A stretch of 64,000 nt of DNA, taken from the human T2T-CHM13v2.0 reference genome, Homo sapiens. Below, piece by piece: positions 58,672 through 64,000 of the stretch; position 1 is the first letter of the stretch, and each line of letters opens with the position of its first letter. Under the pieces are notes generated by a model. It ran no database searches. It saw only the letters and a program-made list of their open reading frames with translations, and had not been told where the DNA came from. The stretch lies in assembly GCF_009914755.1 (NCBI RefSeq), contig NC_060947.1. The stretch is one strand, 5' to 3'. Made by a program: the position numbers and the translations under genes.

Positions 58672-59020
58672 ACTATTTTAGTCCACACAGGCTGTTATAA
58701 CAAAGTATCATAGACTGTGTGGCTGATAAACCACAGAAATGTATTTCTCACAGTTCTGGAGGCTGGGATGTCTAAGATCACAGTGCCCACAGGGTTGGGA
58801 TCTGGGGAGGTCCTGCTTCCGACTGCAGACAGCTGACTTCTCCTTGTGCCCTCACATGGCAGAAAGAGGGAGAGAGAGCCCTCTGGGGTCCCTTTTATAA
58901 GGGCACTGAAGCCATTCATGAGGGCTCCATCCTCTTGACCTAATGATTTTCCAAAGGCTCCACTTTCTAATACCATCACACTAGGGGTTAGGATTTCAAC
59001 ATGAATTTTTGGAGGACACA
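58672..59020 (-). mobile_element. MLT1A-like LTR
   Basis: ttctcacagttctggaggctggga...taataccatcacactaggggttaggatttcaacatgaatttt. Confidence 0.85.
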
Positions 59021-59819
59021 GGCATCCTTTCCCACCCTCTGGATGGCACCTAAACTCACATGAGTAGGGGCCAGTGGCCTTTGCTCTCTGCACACTCTAT
59101 GGAATCACTTTTGCTAGGTATTTTGTCCACCACTTCCTTCTCGCAGCAAAAAGCTGGCTATGGCTACACGACCATAGCCTTCCCCATGGAGTTCCTAACT
59201 TTTGCCTATTTGGGCTCTTGATCATATTTGCTGTTTTGGTTGAATCTCTCAGCTTTCTCTGGCCTATCCATCTGTCTCTCTGCTCCTCCCTTCTCCCACT
59301 TGAATTACTTCCCCAGTATGTAATCCACCCACCACAACCACACACAGACCTACAAGCAAACACACAAATGCTTTTCCAAAGGGGACTCCAGGCAGACCTG
59401 TTACCAAGCAGCTTGGGGAGGTCTCAGTGCTTCTTTGTATCTTGAAGCCAACAGGAATGAAAGACTAGAAATGAAGGCAGGGGTGAATGAGTGACTCAGT
59501 AAGTGTCCCTCACACTGGCCCTGTAAGCTAAGGCAGAACTAGGAAGCAGGGAACTTTTTCTGAACTGGCTTTACATTTGCAAGGGCAACAGACATCAGCG
59601 CTTAGGCATCCTCGGGGAGTATGGTGGAGACTGACGGTCCTCCTCAAATATCTCCTCCAAGTTGACCATCCTGTAGCCATCTCACCACTGTGATCCCACC
59701 AGTGTGGGATTCAGTGCAAATCTGTAAGTATCTATTGTGGGGCAATACCTAAGAAATACAGACTATAGTTCCTACTGCTGGAGCACCTCAACATTTATTG
59801 AACGGAAGAAATGGATAGA

Positions 59820-61270
<1,451 letters not shown>

Positions 61271-61292
61271 TAAAAAACAAAAAACAACAGCA

Positions 61293-61742
61293 GATTAGTT
61301 TTGTAAGGCTGCCACAACAAAGTACCACAAACTGAGTGGCTTAAACAACAGAAATGTATTTTCTCACAGTTCTGGAGGTTAAAAGTCCAAGATCAAGGTG
61401 TCAGCAGGGGCATGCTTCCTCTGAAGGTGCTAAGGAGGAATTTGTTCCAGGCCTGTCTCCTAGCTTCTGGTAGTTTCTAGGTTGGGGCAGCATATCTCCA
61501 ATCTCGGCTCACTGCAACCTCCACAACCCAGGCTCAAGCAATCCTCCTGCCTCAGCCTCCCACCCAAGTAGCTGAGACTACAGATGTGCACCATCACACC
61601 CGGATGATTTTTGTATTTTTTTGTAGAGACAGGGTTTTGCCATGTTACCCAGGCTGGTTTTGAACTCCCGAGCTCAAGCAATCCATCCACCTTGGCCTCA
61701 CAAAGTGCTGGAGTTACAAGTGTGAGCTACCACACCCGGCCC
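61293..61742 (-). mobile_element. MLT1B/C fragment fused to a tail-less AluJ (61499-61742)
   Basis: MLT1 gcagcatatctccaatct runs straight into Alu caatctcggctcactgc. Confidence 0.85.
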
Positions 61743-61859
61743 AAGATAGTCTTGTTCTGTGCCCTAGTCCCTCAGAATCTCTCTCTGCAGCAGCAGATGA
61801 TGAGTTTTCACCCAGTGGTTCACTGTAATCAATGTGTTAGCCCCTGAAAAAGAAATGAG

Positions 61860-62228
61860 TAAGCTGCTTCCCAAAGCCATTTTGCTGGACTACATTTCTC
61901 AGCCTTCCTTGCAATTAGGTGTGGCCACGTGATCTTGTTCTGGCTAGTGGCATGTGAATAGAAAAGATGGATGGAACTTCCGGGTCTGGCCCGTAGAGCC
62001 TCCCATGTGCTCTCCCCCTTTCCACACCTTGATACAGATGAGTCCAGCAAGCTACAAGATGGAAGGAACCTGAGACTCTGAATCACTCCCAGAGAGAAGA
62101 GCCTCCTGTCCTTTGGGAACACCCACTCTGGATTTTATGTCAGTGATAAATAATCTTTTGTTGTGGTAAGCCACTGAGTCTTGGAGGTTTATCTGTTATA
62201 GCAGCCAGCGTTTCCCTAACTACTATAC
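61860..62228 (+). mobile_element. MLT1J-like LTR
   Basis: ctacatttctcagccttccttgcaattaggtgtggccacgtga...taagccactgag. Confidence 0.75.
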
Positions 62229-62939
62229 CCCCAGGAAAAACACTTCCTTCTGAATGGGTCCTTGTCCTGTACTTTGGCAGTGCAGTTGGGGGGATGGTCT
62301 CATCAGTTGCTAGCTAAGATCTCTAACAACAAGGTGAAGGCAGTGATGCTCCACCTGTGCTAACTTGATAGGTGACTGCATCTGGGTGGGACCTTCCTGC
62401 TCTTTCACAGTCCTGTAGCCTGTGCGCCCTGTAGCTGCATCCTGACAGCCTGGCACTTGCTCCCCTTGTTCCCCTTGGTTGCTGAATGGAAAGTCTCTAA
62501 CTGATGCCCATGAGAGAATGAAATCCCTCTAAGGGAGAAAAGACCCTCAGAACAACCTGTCTAAGGAGCTGAAGGCTTCCAGCCTTTCCATGGATGGCAC
62601 ACAGGTCACATGGGGCTTCCTTCAACATCCTTGGGTTTGACCAGTGAGGCTCACCATGATAGACAGGGAGCACGTTAGCATCAAAGATCTCATGTGACTC
62701 ATTCTAATATGAGCAGCAAGGAGAAAGTCAAGGAAATTGGAATCACGATTTGAGTGAGGTCCAAGGTGGGTATTTCCTGGCAGAGGGATGAGGAGCACGG
62801 CCAAAATTCCCTGCCAGAATTCCCCAGCTCTGAGAGCCATGGATGAAGGGCACAGAAATTTTTTGCCTCATTAACCAATCTAGAAGGAGGCTCAGGCTTG
62901 GGAGGGCACACTTTGGGATGCACAAAGCTTGAGGGATCA

Positions 62940-63310
62940 GGGGGCACCCACATAGATGCTTCCAGCAGCTAGATGGGAATGGGGACCTGGGAGGTCTAAA
63001 CCGAGGTGCAAGCTTGTGTCTGGAGAGAGGTGATGATGGAAGCCACAGTGCGGGAGGAGGTTGCTGAGAGAACCAGAAAGAATGCTACAGAGAAGCTTAA
63101 GTAGTGAACATAGTGGGGAGCTTGAGTCACCAGGAAAGCTAGACAAGCTGACAAATGAAGAGCTGGAGGACAGGGAGGAAGAGAAGGAGAGAGGGGTGAC
63201 ATGGCAGCCATATGGGGGGAGAGTGAGGAAGAAAGGAGTGGTCAGCCACGTGGGGCAATGAGAGGACAAGGAGCATGTGGTATGAAAAGGCCATCAGATC
63301 TGGTGACACG
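62940..63310 (-). mobile_element. Degraded L2 fragment
   Basis: Purine-rich ggaggaagagaaggagagaggggtgacatggcagcca...ggagtggtcagc. Confidence 0.5.
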
Positions 63311-63484
63311 AGCTCCTTGGTGGCCTGCAAGAACAAAAGTTAACGCAGAAGGACACTCACTAGTTGGCAAGGGGAAGCCAGGTGGAGATTCAAAATTTAT
63401 GGCAGAGAGTCTGAAAAAAGGATAAACTGCCCCTTAGGGACTGTGAGCTAATTGTACCACGTGGTGCACCTCGGGCAGGGATGG

Positions 63485-64000
63485 TCTAGCAGTGCAAAAC
63501 AGAAACCCACTTGCACAAGCTTAAGTAAAAAGGGAGAATTTATGGGAATAACATGAGGCAATATCAGAGATTCAAGGACAGGAAGTGTAGCCGGCCTCTG
63601 GGGACTGGCACCAGCAACTGGGGAGCCAGCAGGAACTTTGGCAGCTATGTACTTTCCTTCACTCCTCTCTCTTTCTGGTGCTTTGAAGTCTCTGCTTCCT
63701 GCCTTTCTCTGAGCTTGCTTCTTTTTTTTTATCTCAGAGCCTTTTCTGCTACTGTATGCACATGGTAGAAAATGGCTGTCTCTGATGGCCCTCCCTGGTC
63801 TGTTCACCTGTGTCTTCCTTGTGCCCAGAGCTGTGCCTGGCACAAAGTGTCCTCTTAGTTCAAGCAGCCCACAAGGTGTGCCTAGAAATGCAAAGATGCC
63901 CTATGGCCACATTCCTGGGACAGCATCTGATTGGTCCAGCCAGGTCAGGTGCCCATCCCTTATCCAATCGGCTGTGGCCATGGGGAAGGTCTTGTGCCTC
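63485..64000 (-). mobile_element. LTR33/ERVL-type LTR fragment
   Basis: acagaaacccact...agcttaagtaaaaaggg...atctgattggtccagccaggtcaggtgccca...ccaatcggctgtggcc. Confidence 0.55.

Overview
Primate genomic DNA, most likely human or ape (AluJ/S/Y, THE1A and an LTR10-family LTR are present). It looks intergenic or deep intronic. I find no supportable protein-coding exon, tRNA, rRNA or CRISPR feature, and nearly all ORF-track entries are antisense Alu, MaLR, ERVL or L1 read-through or chance ORFs. Well over half the window is interspersed repeat: about 25 Alu/FLAM/FRAM copies, many MaLR LTRs (MLT1, MST, a full THE1A element), a deleted ERV-L provirus with a solo LTR10 inside its gag, L1/L2/MIR/HAL1 fossils and DNA transposons (MER1B, MER3, MER5A, MER53, MADE1/2, a Tip100-like element). 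Several insertions are nested three deep with readable target-site duplications (TSDs). The less ordinary signals are: (i) three short local direct duplications of unique DNA, one of them a compound insertion copied from two separate nearby donors into an LTR; (ii) an 18-bp frame-preserving minisatellite heading a 162-codon ORF whose ATG lies in a 17-bp tandem duplication; (iii) several TE-free islands with striking motif architecture (inverted PBX-MEIS decamers, an RFX X-box beside a G4, homeodomain palindromes, CpG retention). Subfamily names come from recalled consensus features, not a database search, and boundaries of old repeats are approximate. I see no evidence for a new multi-gene system.
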